In this document: positions 13,222-24,909 of the stretch, piece by piece
How positions within the stretch are numbered: the stretch's first letter is position 1
Layout: the number at the start of each line of letters is the position of its first letter
DNA from: Leucoraja ocellata
Lineage: Eukaryota
Direction of reading: 5' to 3'
Assembly: GCA_036785375.1 (NCBI GenBank)
Contig: JAWMAR010000025.1
Location: 8,494,001 to 8,558,000 of the forward strand
DNA: 64,000 nt
Notes under the pieces: model-generated
Told to the model about the DNA's origin: nothing
What the model saw: only the letters and a program-made list of their open reading frames with translations
The model's database searches: none
Program-made: the position numbers and the translations under genes

Positions 13222-14448
13222 ATATTGATTTTTTAAAATTTACATTAAATAATTTAATATTTGTTTAACTAGTTTACTTTAATTAGAAGCAAAGTAAAAT
13301 AGATGATCTTGTGATCTGAAATTTAAAACCAAATAAAACTCTTCACAGATGCTGCCAAGTCAAGTGTTTTCAGCATGTTCTAGTCTTATATGTATTCATC
13401 CAGGTTTATCTCTGATGATATTCTGGATGCATTAAAAAATCTTGCTTTTGTAGACTTGAACCCATTTCAACCCACAATAATACAATTGTATAATTGCTGC
13501 CCTTACAATCACTAAGGGGTATTTTTAATGGTTTTTAAATCGTTTTCTATTTCACGAAAGTTTTTTGTGAAAATGAAGATGACTTTTTGTGAAAACAAAC
13601 TCTTCTTAACCGTGCAATTTCTTGATTTGCACCTGTTGAAAGGTCCAGTTTCTCTAATATTTTGCATTAGGCTGCTTTATATCCCATTGGCAACCTGTAA
13701 AGCACCACGTTTTAAGGTGTGATTCATAATGAGCAATGTATGAATAAGTAGGATGCACTCTAGTATTTGGGTTGCACTCCATACACCATTTGTGCATGAA
13801 CGCTAAAATGTACATTTGTTGTGAGTTTACTTAAAAAATCACAAATGTTTCAATATTTGTACTTTTACATTCCTTGTCATTCCATCAGTTTGTCACATTA
13901 AATTGCTCTAAAAATAAAGAATTCAAAACACAGGTTTGAATCTTTTCGCGTAGGAAGATTCCACGTGGATTTTATTAAATTTCCTGTGACAGCATTGGTC
14001 AACACATTCAACTTTGTTAAAGAGGTGTGTGAATGCAATCTGGGTTGATTTCGCCACCAAAATTGACTCGGGGATCCAGATGAGTAAATAATATTTCCCT
14101 TCAGCTAAGGGATCCAAAAATAGAGGGGATAGTTTTTAAAAGTAATTGGTAGCAGATTTAACAAAATGAGGGGAACCATATTTTCATCCGGGCATTGTGA
14201 AAGTCTACACTCATTGCCACAAAGGCGAGTGGAAAAACAAACCTTCACCAATTTATTTAAAAAAATTAAAAAAAATTGTGATCTGTAGGGTTCTGGGTCT
14301 AATGCTTGAATGTGGGATTACATTGGTTAGCTCAGACAGCCTCTGAATAATCAGCTCCTTGTTAATTTGTATAAGATTCTGTGGTTCGATGTAATATAGG
14401 TGAAGCTTTTATTTTTCAAACATCACTTTGAACATTTCTGAAATCTAA

Positions 14449-14984
14449 TAGAAACATAGAAACATGGAAATTAGGTGCAGGAGTAGGCCATTCGGCCCTT
14501 CGAGCCTGCACCGCCATTCAATATGATCATGGCTGATCATCCAACTCCGTATCCCGTACCTGCCTTCTCTCCATACCCTCTGATCCCCTTAGGCACAAGG
14601 GCCACATCTAACTCCCTCTTAAATATAGCCAATGAACTGGCCTCGACTACCCTCTGTGGCAGAGAGTTCCAGAGATTCACCACTCTCTGTGTGAAAAACG
14701 TTCTTCTCATCTCGGTTTTAAAGGATTTCCCCCTTATCCTTAAGCTGTGACCCCTTGTCCTGGACTTCCCCAACATCGGGAGCAATCTTCCTGCATCTAG
14801 CCTGTCCAACCCCTTAAGAATTTTGTAAGTTTCTATAAGATCCCCTCTCAATCTCCTAAATTCTAGAGCGTATAAACCAAGTCTATCCAGTCTTTCTTCA
14901 TAAGACAGTCCTGACATCCCATGAATCAGTCTGGTGAACCTTCTCTGCACTCCCTCTATGGCAATAATGTCCTTCCTCAGATTT
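14449..14984 (-). mobile_element. CR1-clade LINE (HER1-like) 3' end, same young family as 668-1600
   Basis: Intact ORF end ...[12 protein letters not shown]...RGDLIETYKILKG...VVNLWNSLP...GYGEKAGTGY; (TTTCTATG)n tail. Confidence 0.95.
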
Positions 14985-15604
14985 GGGATTTGTTCCATTT
15001 TTATTTACATAAATTTAATGCTCCATGTGAACATGCGAGTTAAACAGTCAAAATGATTCTTTTATCCATTGTTTAGAGTCCATGGATGTAAAATATTTAA
15101 AGAGGAACACCGGTGGGACAAGACTCTCATTCAGTTGTGGGATTATTTACCGTTTTGGACATTCTATTATAGGACAGTTTCTAACAACAGTGGAATCATT
15201 ATATTGACAAAATTCCAATATTTTATGGGGATGGGAAGGTGTATTTGCAATGAAAGAAGTTATGGGAATTGAAGGTAGTTTTGATGGAGGTTTTCTTAAC
15301 GAGAGATTATCAAGGACAGAAATTTTAACTTGTTTGCAAAAAGTATAACTCGACGAGATCAATAAGAAAAAGTGTATATTGTGTTTAATCTGGCAGAACT
15401 TGGTTGGAACTTTCTATATTAGTTCTCGTTGAAGCAGACATTTTTGTGTTAACAAGGAATTTATTTGCTTTGACAGGGGAAAAATTATTGATATATTCAA
15501 GAAGCAGGTATTCAAATTGGCTTGGTCTATGACCTACAAGGGAAAATTTGACCCTTTAAAGGTGATGGATAAAATGGCCTGTCTTGGTTATAGTGAGGTA
15601 TAGT

Positions 15605-15938
15605 AGAGAAACAGCCCTTCAGCACATCGAGTGTGTGCTAATCATCAAATGCCCATTTACGCAAATCTTATGTTAATCCCATTTTTTGTTCTCCCCACAT
15701 TTTCACCAACCTTCTATGAATTCTACCGCTTGGCTACTCACTAGTGAACATTTACAGTGGTCAATTAATTTGCTAATGCACATGTCTTTGGAATGTGGGA
15801 GGAAACTAGATCACCCAAAAGAAACCCAAACTGTCATAGGCAGAACATGCAACTCCCACTGAGACAGCACATGAGATCAGATTGAACTTGACTCTGGCAC
15901 TGTGAGGCAGCAGTTCTGCTGCTGTGCCATTGTGCAGC
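15605..15938 (-). mobile_element. tRNA-derived V-SINE (HE1-like), diverged
   Basis: V-domain core gtctttggaatgtgggaggaaac; tRNA-like head at about 15870-15938. Confidence 0.75.
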
Positions 15939-15994
15939 ACAGATAAGTTGCACTGTTGTGTGATGCATGGTAAATCGATATTGTAATTTTGTTT

Positions 15995-16091
15995 GGTACA
16001 CAAAAATGCTGGAGAAACTCAGCAGGTGCAGCAGCATCTATGGAGCGAAGGAGATAGGTAACGTTTCGGGCCGAAACCCTTCTTCAGACTG
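15995..16091 (-). mobile_element. 97-bp solo Penelope-like pseudo-LTR insertion with 9-bp TSD
   Basis: Flanked by attttgttt at 15986-15994 and 16092-16100. Highly similar to 24815-24909. Confidence 0.85.
16056..16090 (-). ncRNA. Candidate minimal type I hammerhead ribozyme
   Basis: Minus strand reads agu CUGAAGA a GGGU-UUCG-GCCC GAAA CG UU acc: CUGAnGA core, 4-bp helix II with UUCG loop, GAAA, palindromic ACGU helix III, UH site. Helix I is only about 2 bp; activity is untested. Confidence 0.6.
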
Positions 16092-17569
16092 ATTTTGTTT
16101 ACCTTGTTTGTTTGTTACATTAAAATTAGATTGTAATTATGTAGAATAACAAAGTGATGCAACTAAACTATGATACCATTACATTGCAACATAATTTCCG
16201 GTGTAAACGTCTGGTGTGAGGTTGCTCAATAGAACTCCCAACACTTAAGATTTGCAATAGTAAGTGCAGAAAGATAGTATCCCTGGCTTGATGGGGAAGT
16301 GTTCAAGAATATTGCAGATGATTGTGGGTGAAATCAATGGACATATTCTTCAGACTAACCTATTTTCTTAAATGGGAATCTTTTAATTTGGGTCATAGCA
16401 CGAAATGGGCCCTTCGGCCCAATTTGCCCATGCTGACCAAGATGCCCCATCTACACTGGTGCCAGCCACCTGCTTACGTTTGGCTCGTATCCTTCTTGAA
16501 TTTTTTCTTCAGTTTTAGCATTTTCATTTACAACCATGGATGTATTGCCAACATTTAATTCTTGATCATCTAATAAATCACTGAATGACTACATTATGTA
16601 CTTACTCGCGGGAACTGACAGGTATCCTTTACGATCTAGATTTCATATATTGATCTCTTCATAAAACAAATTTAAACACTTGCCGTGGGCCTGTAGGCAT
16701 CATCTGCCGTTTTGGAACTTGGTTTGTAGCTGCATTTCTGACTTGCAAATTGTTTGGGTTATAAACAGTTCATAGGGATGGAACTTTGCTGTAACCTGAA
16801 GATGACCTGTAATGATAATATTTCTATTGAGATATATGGTAGACTACCATGGATTAATTTCTCTGCTTGGAATTTCATCTTTCTGTCATTGTTTTAACTG
16901 TCAGCCTTGGGCATTCATATCCTGCCCTCATATCCTGCGAATGTTATCAACAACCTTAAGAGTATCAGTGCTGTCTATATTATGATTATTTTAAAATGAA
17001 AATGAATAATTTCATCATTGAATTTAACATGAAAAGGTAAATTTTGTTGGCTAAAATCAGTTTAATCTTGCAATAACATTTATGGCCTGGTTCTGGAATT
17101 TGTAATAATATGAAAATTGTAGGAATCATTTTTGTTTCTATACCTGCAGGTAACACAGGAGATGATATTACAGCATGTCTCTTCCACTGCATGAATGCCT
17201 GGAAAGATGATGCTGGTGGCTGTGATTAATTGTAAATTTCCAAAGCAATTGTAAACTGCAGATTGCTAATTTTCTAGTTATTTTTAAGTACCCTTTATTA
17301 GTAAATTTGTTTATGAAGATATCAATAAATAAAATCGGATGTTAATAGATATCTGTCAGTTCATGTTATTAAGTACATAATGTATGCTATAAATAGTAAT
17401 TCAACAATTTATTAGATTCTGTGTCTTGATATGAATGTCATTTATCTGGCTATTGATCAATTGAAATGTACTTGATGATCACAACCATCCATTGACAATT
17501 AATATTTGAAGGACAATTTGACAGGCAACCTTAGAGGTTTAAAAAAAAACTTGAGATACTTGAATAGCA

Positions 17570-17850
17570 TGGTTTGTCAGAATCCTTTTCCCAGGGAACT
17601 AGAGAGAGCAGGTTTAAAACGAGGAGAGAAATTTAAAGGAGATCTGAAGGGCAAGGGTGGTGAACATCTAGACCGCGCTGTCAGGGGGAGGTGATGGAGA
17701 CGGATACAATTACAATGTTTAAAAGTCATTTGGACAGATGCACAGTGAGGAAAAGAGTAGATGCGTTCGGGCCTAATGCAGACAATGGTATTAGTGTTGA
17801 AAGGCATCACGGTTGGCATATGTGAGGTGGGCCTTGTTTTTGTGCTGTAC
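17570..17850 (+). mobile_element. Old CR1 LINE 3' fragment
   Basis: aatccttttcccaggg...aggagagaaatttaaaggagatctgaagggcaa...acaattacaatgtttaaaagtcatttggacaga, typical of elasmobranch CR1 3' ends. Confidence 0.7.
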
Positions 17851-19539
17851 ACTCACATAATTCTATATTTAGTGAGCACCTGTGTTTACTGCTTTCTGTT
17901 GTGCTGTTTAGAAAATGTCTTAAACTACAACATCTGTAAATAACTATAAGTGATTTTACTGCTGATTTGGTGAAATCGAGATTTTTTTAATTTGATGCTT
18001 CCTTTGATGCTCATGCAAAAGAGTTCATTTCACTTTCTCAGTCTGGGCCTCTGAACTAATTTACACTAAGTTTAACGTAAGTGAGAAGTTGCTTTCACAT
18101 TACACCAATACTGTACTGAAGTATGAGTCTGAATGCATAGTAATACCAAGAGTGAGCGAAAATGTGTGAATGTGAAAGCCACAAGTCCTTGTAATTTTGA
18201 AAATATATTTGATCGTCTACCACTGGGTACAGTTATTGTGTTCAAATGTCTCTATCTGTGCTTGTTGACTGGAGACCGTTGCTTTTTTGGTATGTAATTC
18301 AATAGGGGAAGGTTGCATTTCTATGTGCATCAGAAGAATTCCTTTGTGCTCGCAGGTTAATATTGCTCATATCCCCTATCCTTCTGTTGTATTTGATAAA
18401 GACGTAGAAAATGGAACGGTACAGTGCAGGAACAACCCACAATGTCTGTATCAAGCATGATGGCAAGATCAACCCTTATCTGCCTGCACATAATCCATAT
18501 CCCCCATTCCATGCATATCCATGTGCTAATCCAAAAGATTAACTACTGGCTGGCACTTGTATTTAATTTATTTAGAAAATGCAATGCTTTACACCCAAAT
18601 GAAAGTATAACATGGTAAACAATTTCACAAATTTGCTACACAATAGCTAAGCATGCATTTGCCTCCATCGCCACACTGACAGCATGTCTCGGGTACTTCA
18701 GAGCACGTTCCAAATATTTGTGCTTTAGATGTCACTGAGGAGAGAGAGCAGGTTGAGAAGGAAAAGCTTTTGTTTTGTTTCCACTCCAACCTTGACTGAA
18801 TTCTAATAGGTTAGACATTTAGACAAGGCATCACTGTATTCCTTCCATTGCTCTTAATTTTGCCAATGTGCTTTCTGTGCTGCCTGAATTCTGACCCTCA
18901 GAAATTTGTCATCAAACTGAATCCCATGTTCAAATCATAGCCATGCTCATCAGTTTCAAGAATGACTAAGAGAAAAATAAAGTGTATGTTTAAAACACAT
19001 ATTTTTCAGCTCTCAACCATTCCTGTAAATAAAACCCAAAACCACAGGATATCCTGAAATAGACTTAATTTTATCTTTTTATGAAAAGCATTTGTCTGCG
19101 CTAGTAAAGGTTACTATTTCAGTTTACATTATTTGGCGTAGCAATCCTGGCAACAAAATAGCTCATATTTTGAAAATTTGTGGAGATGTACAAACCTTGT
19201 TCGGGCGATGTTTATGGTATCTTTTTTTACATTTTAACTACTAGCCTTTTTAAAAAAAAATCTTTTGCAATTAATCTCCAGTATCATGAAGGTTAAGCAG
19301 ATGTGCTGAAGTCTATCTGCCATCAGCAGATTATTTCTGCAGCTTCTTGTTTTTGATCCACAACAGCTCAGTAAGATCCTCATGCCACAGGCTCTGTTCC
19401 TCTCTGACAGCTATTATTTGGTTCATGCAGAGGAAAAAATATAACTGAGCCATCAGCCATTTATTAAAATAACTATTGGCTGACACTTGCACTTAGCTTT
19501 TTGAGAAAGTGGCATGTTTTACACCTAAGTGAAAGTTCT

Positions 19540-19922
19540 TAGGACCCCTTCGGTCGTGGCTGACCATGGGTGTCTCCAGGGTGCTATTCCCTATATGGAT
19601 GAAGCCTGTGTGTGACTTTGTTTAACGTGGGGTGACTGGTGCACAGGCAGATCTGGGTCAGGAACCAGTGGCATGGAGTCCAAGATGACCAGAGACCCTT
19701 TTATGCTGCAGCCTTCATCCGCCTTCCCAGCTGTTGTGGCGCTCCACTGAGGTCACCCATCGTCCTCCGCCTGTTCCACCGTTGAGGTCTTGTTTGGATT
19801 CCTCCCCCTCGACCTTACCGCCATGGGTGGCCTCAACAGAAGCATAGCTCCAGACGCCATCACTCTCAGGATCCTGGGTTCACCCAAGCTTCTCCACCAC
19901 GACAAGGTGACAATTCACGGAA
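19540..19922 (-). mobile_element. Non-autonomous element with an RTE-clade-like 5' head
   Basis: GC-rich island in AT-rich intron. Minus strand begins caccttgtcgtggtggagaagcttg...gatcctgagag...gagctatg...cacccatggcggtaaggtc, resembling 5' UTRs of RTE LINEs (BovB/Expander type) from memory. Confidence 0.55.
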
Positions 19923-21349
19923 TCGTATAATGTGCTAAATAATTTCACAAGATTTGATGCACAAGGTTTGATGCACAATAGCTAAGCATGTTTTTGATGT
20001 CACAGATCTTTTCATCTTTATCGACAGTTGGAGGCCATGCCACATGTTTTCACAATTTTTGATGTGGTGAATAACGTTATGCAGTTCTTTACAATAATGA
20101 TTGTACAAATCTCCAAAACATTTAAAAATTGGGTCTCGGTATCACATTTGTAAACAAAATAATAGTATGGTGTAATAAAAAGAGATACTTGGAGCAGTTT
20201 GGGCAGCATCAGCAGAGAGAGAAAAAGGAGTTAACTGTTCAAATCAGTGATCACGAGGTCTTCAAAAGTGAGAAAACAACTTTTACAGAGCATATAGATT
20301 TGTGGAGGAAACAGTGGATAAGGTTGGAGATCGAGATAATTTGGAAAACGGCTGTTTGTGTGGTCTAAAGGTTGTTGATATACGTTAATCGTGGTTGCTG
20401 CTCCTCTTCCTCCTCCCCCTCCCCCTCCCTTCCCCTTTGAATTAAAATAAGCCAGTTTTCCCACTTTTCCAGTTGATGCCATTGATCTGAAATGTAATCT
20501 TGCAGCATTAATGATGCCAGATGACCACCTCTTGAATAGTTCCTGTTTCCAACATGTAGTCTCTGATACTTTGAGCATTGTACTTGCTTTTGCTATCTAA
20601 CTGTGCCTTCACGGTTTGAGAGGCACTTGTGCATTTGCCTTTATGTTGGTCCCACTGGGGCATCTAATGATTTTACTGAAAATAAGCAAAGGGGGAAATT
20701 ATCATAACTGTCTTTGATGTTTTGGGTACATTGATCTTTGATGGAAAAATGCCGATATCCCAATCTCTGAAATGAATGAGGGTAAATAATAGTTGGTGTG
20801 TATTTTTATTCGGTTTTACAAATTATTTGCAGATGTGTTTTTCTTTAAATATAAAGATCTGAATATAGGTGCATATCATCAAGCAGGTGTTCATTTCCCT
20901 TCCCTGCAGGAGGAGCATTGACATCAGGAATAGGATACTATCAATAGAAATATTCTATTTTATAACACGATATTTGACACTTCCCATTGACGAGTGTGCA
21001 TTTTTTCTTAAAATGTTAAGTATCAGCACAGACTTTCTACCCTAAATTCTAAAATTTATTGACAACTCTTCAAAAGAAAAACTGTAGCCTTGATAGTTTA
21101 AAAAAATTGCTACATAACAGTAAGCATAATATGTTAGTACCCTGTATGTCCATAAGTATAGAGAACCCGTGCCTGTTGACAGACAGAAATATGAAAGGGC
21201 AATGCAAAGGTCATAATATTGTAAATAATTCTGGTTACTAAGGTGAAGGGGAGGCATTGAAATGCTGACAGAGTGCTGTGCAGACCCAAGAGTTTGATCT
21301 CCACAATTGGAGGTAAAAAGACTGAACAACTTGAGCATATTAACTTGGA

Positions 21350-21760
21350 GAGGCACAACATGTGGAGTATTTCAGGGTCAGGCAGCATCTCTGGAGAAAA
21401 GGAATAAGTAATGTATTGGGTCAGGACCCTTCTTCAGACTGAAAGGCAGAAGACCAGAACAAAACAGGGCTGGCAACAGATAACCTCAGGAAGCGTGGAG
21501 TCCATAATGGCCCATTGTTGGCTAGGGAAGATCTGCTAATGACACGAACAGTGGAACTAGTAGTTCAGTTTAGTTTATTGTCAGTGAAAAGCCTTTGTTG
21601 AGTGCTATCCAGTTAGCAGAAAGACAATACATGATTACAATTGAGCCATTTACAGTTCAGTTCAGCAGTGCTCTCTGGTTGTGGTATGATGATTCAGGAA
21701 ACGGAAGGAAAGCAGGAGTTACTTGAAATTTGTGAAAAAATTCATACTGCTTGATTGTTG
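21350..21760 (-). mobile_element. Penelope-like element 3' fragment, interrupted by a short LINE-tail insertion at about 21560-21700
   Basis: pLTR (ggcagcatctctggagaaaagg...acccttcttcagactg) followed by 3'UTR-like sequence and a degenerate endonuclease C-terminus (tttacttgaaatttg...ttcatactgc). Confidence 0.6.
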
Positions 21761-22100
21761 GTGGAACTTGGAAAGGAATTATTTAACTAGTGACCTTCAT
21801 GTACAAAGTAATTGATTATATGCACACTTAACTGTCCATATAAAGTGCAAGTGAGCAGGCAGTAGGCAAGTGAAAGAACAGGTTGAAACCACCAAATGGC
21901 AATTTTAGGGCAAGCATGAGAAGATTATTCTTAACACAAAGGGAGATCGGATGACAAAAGTTCCCAGAATAAAATAATGCTGGCAAAATTTCAGTAATCG
22001 GTTTCATGCAGCACTAAAGATGGACTGAGTTTGGAAGAGAGGGAAGTAGTGGGAGCAAGTTGCATTCATGTCTTTGGTTGATGCATGACAACATAATTAA

Positions 22101-22348
22101 CAGATACAAAATGCTGGAGTAACTCGGCAGACGAGAAAAGTCCAGACTGAACATGGGCAGGTGATGTTTCAGGTTGGGACCCTTCCTTAGACTCTGAATA
22201 CTCCACTCAATTCAATTTGGTCTGAAGAATGGTCCTGGCCCAAAACATCTCCTATGCATGTTCACCAGGTATGCTGCCTGATCTGCCAAGTTACTCCAGC
22301 AACTTGGGTCTTTTTTGTAAAGCAGTATCTGCAGTTCCTTGTGCCTCC
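22101..22348. mobile_element. Palindromic element made of two inverted Penelope-like pLTRs
   Basis: Left arm acaaaatgctggagtaactc...gatgtttcaggttgggacccttccttagact; right arm gtctgaagaatggtcctggcccaaaacatc...agttactccagca. Confidence 0.75.
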
Positions 22349-23663
22349 ATCAATCTTCATAACCTCTCTCTCCTTCACTCTCATTTGTCATATAAATTGG
22401 CCTTAATGATGTTGTTTCCAGAAGACTGCATCTCTTTGGAAGAAAATGCTTAAGCTTAATAGATTTGTACTGGATGAGATGGGATAGGCATGTGTTGGTA
22501 CTATCATCTTGAAATCAGTATTTCTGTTTCATTTTCCATTTTCTAGGAATTTTGGATTTTCTCAGAATCTAGGGTGGTTTTTTTAATGTAACTAGATTCT
22601 GATTTGGTCAAGAAACACGCCACAGATGTCTTCTAATATTTGTAAGTTGGATCAGTTCCAGGTGGTCAACTATTAGTTGGCTTCGTTGATTATAAGGGAG
22701 CCTGATGTGTTTATAAATGTTTTATTTTCAACCTTGGGCTTTTCAGTTGACATTCATTGTCTTTCTTGGAGCTTGTTGGAGGTTGGTTCAGTGCTCTGCT
22801 TGCAAAGGAACGTATTTTATATCGGTGTGATTGGCAAGTGGAGGAAAAGGCATCAATTAAAAGGTCACTCGGGAAACTAGTAAATTTGGGGAATATACAG
22901 ACTTTTAAGAGCATATATCAGGGGCAGCCATTGAATAAGACTGAATTTGAATAGCAAGAGTGGTAACTGAAAGTCTGGAGAACTGCTGAAGCTTCTATTG
23001 GTGTGGACTTTTCAGCTTGAGTCTCTTTATTACTTTTCTGTTTCAAGCAGTGAGGAATAAGAAGAAAAACCATAAGGTAAAAGATTTGTAATAGGCAAAC
23101 TAAAAACTAAAAATAGCAACGGTCTTTTTAGTAGGCGTTATCTTATTTGGATCCCCTGTTTATCCATTACTTTGTGTCAGAAGGAGAAGAACCCTTGCAT
23201 TGATGAAAGAATGTTATTTCAAGAGATGAAGTGTGAAGACGGAAACACTTAAGGAGTAACCTTGAAATCAGTTGAAGTTTCACTTGTGAACCATACTAGT
23301 TCGACTTTGCTATAGTTAACTGTGAACAATGCTTGTACGCAATACAACTCTTATTAGTCACGCCAGCTACCATTGCCTGCTCACTTATTGAGAAGTGCTT
23401 CAGTTGTGCATCTCATTCATTGTGATATCTGGTTCTTGTAATCCCAGTGTGAGTTTTGATGAATTAGTATTCAACTCTTGTGTTTCTAGTGTCATTTATA
23501 ACAAGGTTTTTCTTGTATTCTTGAATCCTATAGTTTTATGTATTCAAATTAATTACTTTTGATACTGAACAATTGTGGGCAATATAATTAATGAAAGCCT
23601 GGAAACTGAAGTCTTTTTCTTCAAAGTTAGGTTTGAAGAATAAAATCTCTACATCTATTTGAT

Positions 23664-24000
23664 CAGTCTGAAGAAGATTCTGACTGAAACATCATCTGCC
23701 CATTTCCCCCTCCCATCGATGTTATCTGGTCCACTAAGTTACTCCAGCAATTTGATTTTTATTTGGTGAGTCACAGGATGTGCAGGAAACTTGATCTGAA
23801 AGATTAAAGTAGAATTAACTCCTTTTATTATGTATCATTGAGTTGCTGAAGCATATTGTTATATTGTAAAAACCGGGAAGTGCAGGTGCTGGTTTACAGA
23901 AAAAAAAGGCAACACAAAGTGCTGGACTAACTCAGTGGGTCAGCAGTGGGTCTCTGTAGATGCTGCCTGACCTGTTGAGTTACTCTAGCACTTTGTGTCA
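23664..24000. mobile_element. Two degenerate Penelope-like pLTR remnants
   Basis: tcagtctgaagaag...ttactccagca (23664-23750) and an internally deleted palindrome acacaaagtgctgga...ctagcactttgtgt (about 23875-23999). Confidence 0.65.
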
Positions 24001-24044
24001 TATTGTTGCTCCAGTTTGGGACAGATAACTCGACAAGAATCTGA

Positions 24045-24659
24045 AGGGCCTGTCCCACTTAGGCGATTTTTTTTCGGCGACTGTCACAGTCGTAGCAGGT
24101 CGCTGAAAAAGCGGCGACTGGACCCCCCTTCCTCCTCCCCCCCCCCACGACAATGTCTACAACAACCTACCACCTAGTCAACGTCAAGCTACCCACAACC
24201 GGCGACCCAATCGTCACGACAGGGCGCCCACCTACGACAAACTACAACCACACAGGCGACAACATACGACAACCAGTCAACCTACGTCCACCCACGACAA
24301 GCTACTATAAGCAACAACCCTGTCGGCAACAACTGAAGACATTTCCGTAGCCAGTACCTGTCGCCGGTTGACATAGGTACTTGCCAATGGAATTCACCGG
24401 GCTCAGCACCCGGCAACAACCAATGCCACCTAGTGTCACCCTGGCGACAACCTACGACAGCACCCATGACAGGAGAAGACAAGCTACGTCAAGCCCACAG
24501 TCGCCGAAAAGTTTTCAACATTTCAAAATCCACGGGGGCCAAAAAACGTTACGACTCTTTAGGCGACTTGAGGAGACTACTCACGACCATATAGGCGACC
24601 ACGTGAAAACAGCCTAGTTGCCTGTAGTCACCGGGAAAATCGCCTGTGGGACAGGGGCA
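24045..24659. mobile_element. MITE / non-autonomous DNA transposon, family A (AGGGCCTGTCCCAC termini)
   Basis: Left agggcctgtcccacttaggcgatttt, right aaaatcgcctgtgggacagggg. CpG-rich interior with repeated cgacaacc/ctacgac motifs. Confidence 0.8.
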
Positions 24660-24814
24660 TGCGACTTGTATTGTGATTTTGTTGTGTTGCAATAGAAAAT
24701 TATGCTTCAACACCTTTGGTTTTGGTTAGGTGATGAATTTTACAACTGTTAATTTTTTTTAAAGTTCTGCCTGAAACAGCCTGAAATGCTCAGACCAGTT
24801 CTGCCCCCTATACA

Positions 24815-24909
24815 AGGTAAACAAAAGTGCTGGGGAAACTCAGCGGGTGCAGAAGCATCTATGGAGCGAAGGAAATAGGCAACGTTTTGGGCCGAAACCC
24901 TTCTTCAGA
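24815..24909 (-). mobile_element. 95-bp solo Penelope-like pseudo-LTR insertion with 14-bp TSD
   Basis: Flanked by ctgccccctataca at 24801-24814 and 24910-24923. Hammerhead-like core present, but GAAA reads AAAA. Confidence 0.88.

Noticed and set aside
24160-24480. Repeated cgacaacc/ctacgac motifs resembling a CRISPR-like array
   Set aside because: Eukaryotic intron; the motifs are short, irregular and degenerate, internal to a MITE, with no cas genes.
23995-24617. Several Thr/Pro/Arg-rich ORFs
   Set aside because: They lie inside a GC-rich MITE, where stop codons are scarce, and show no transposase motifs.
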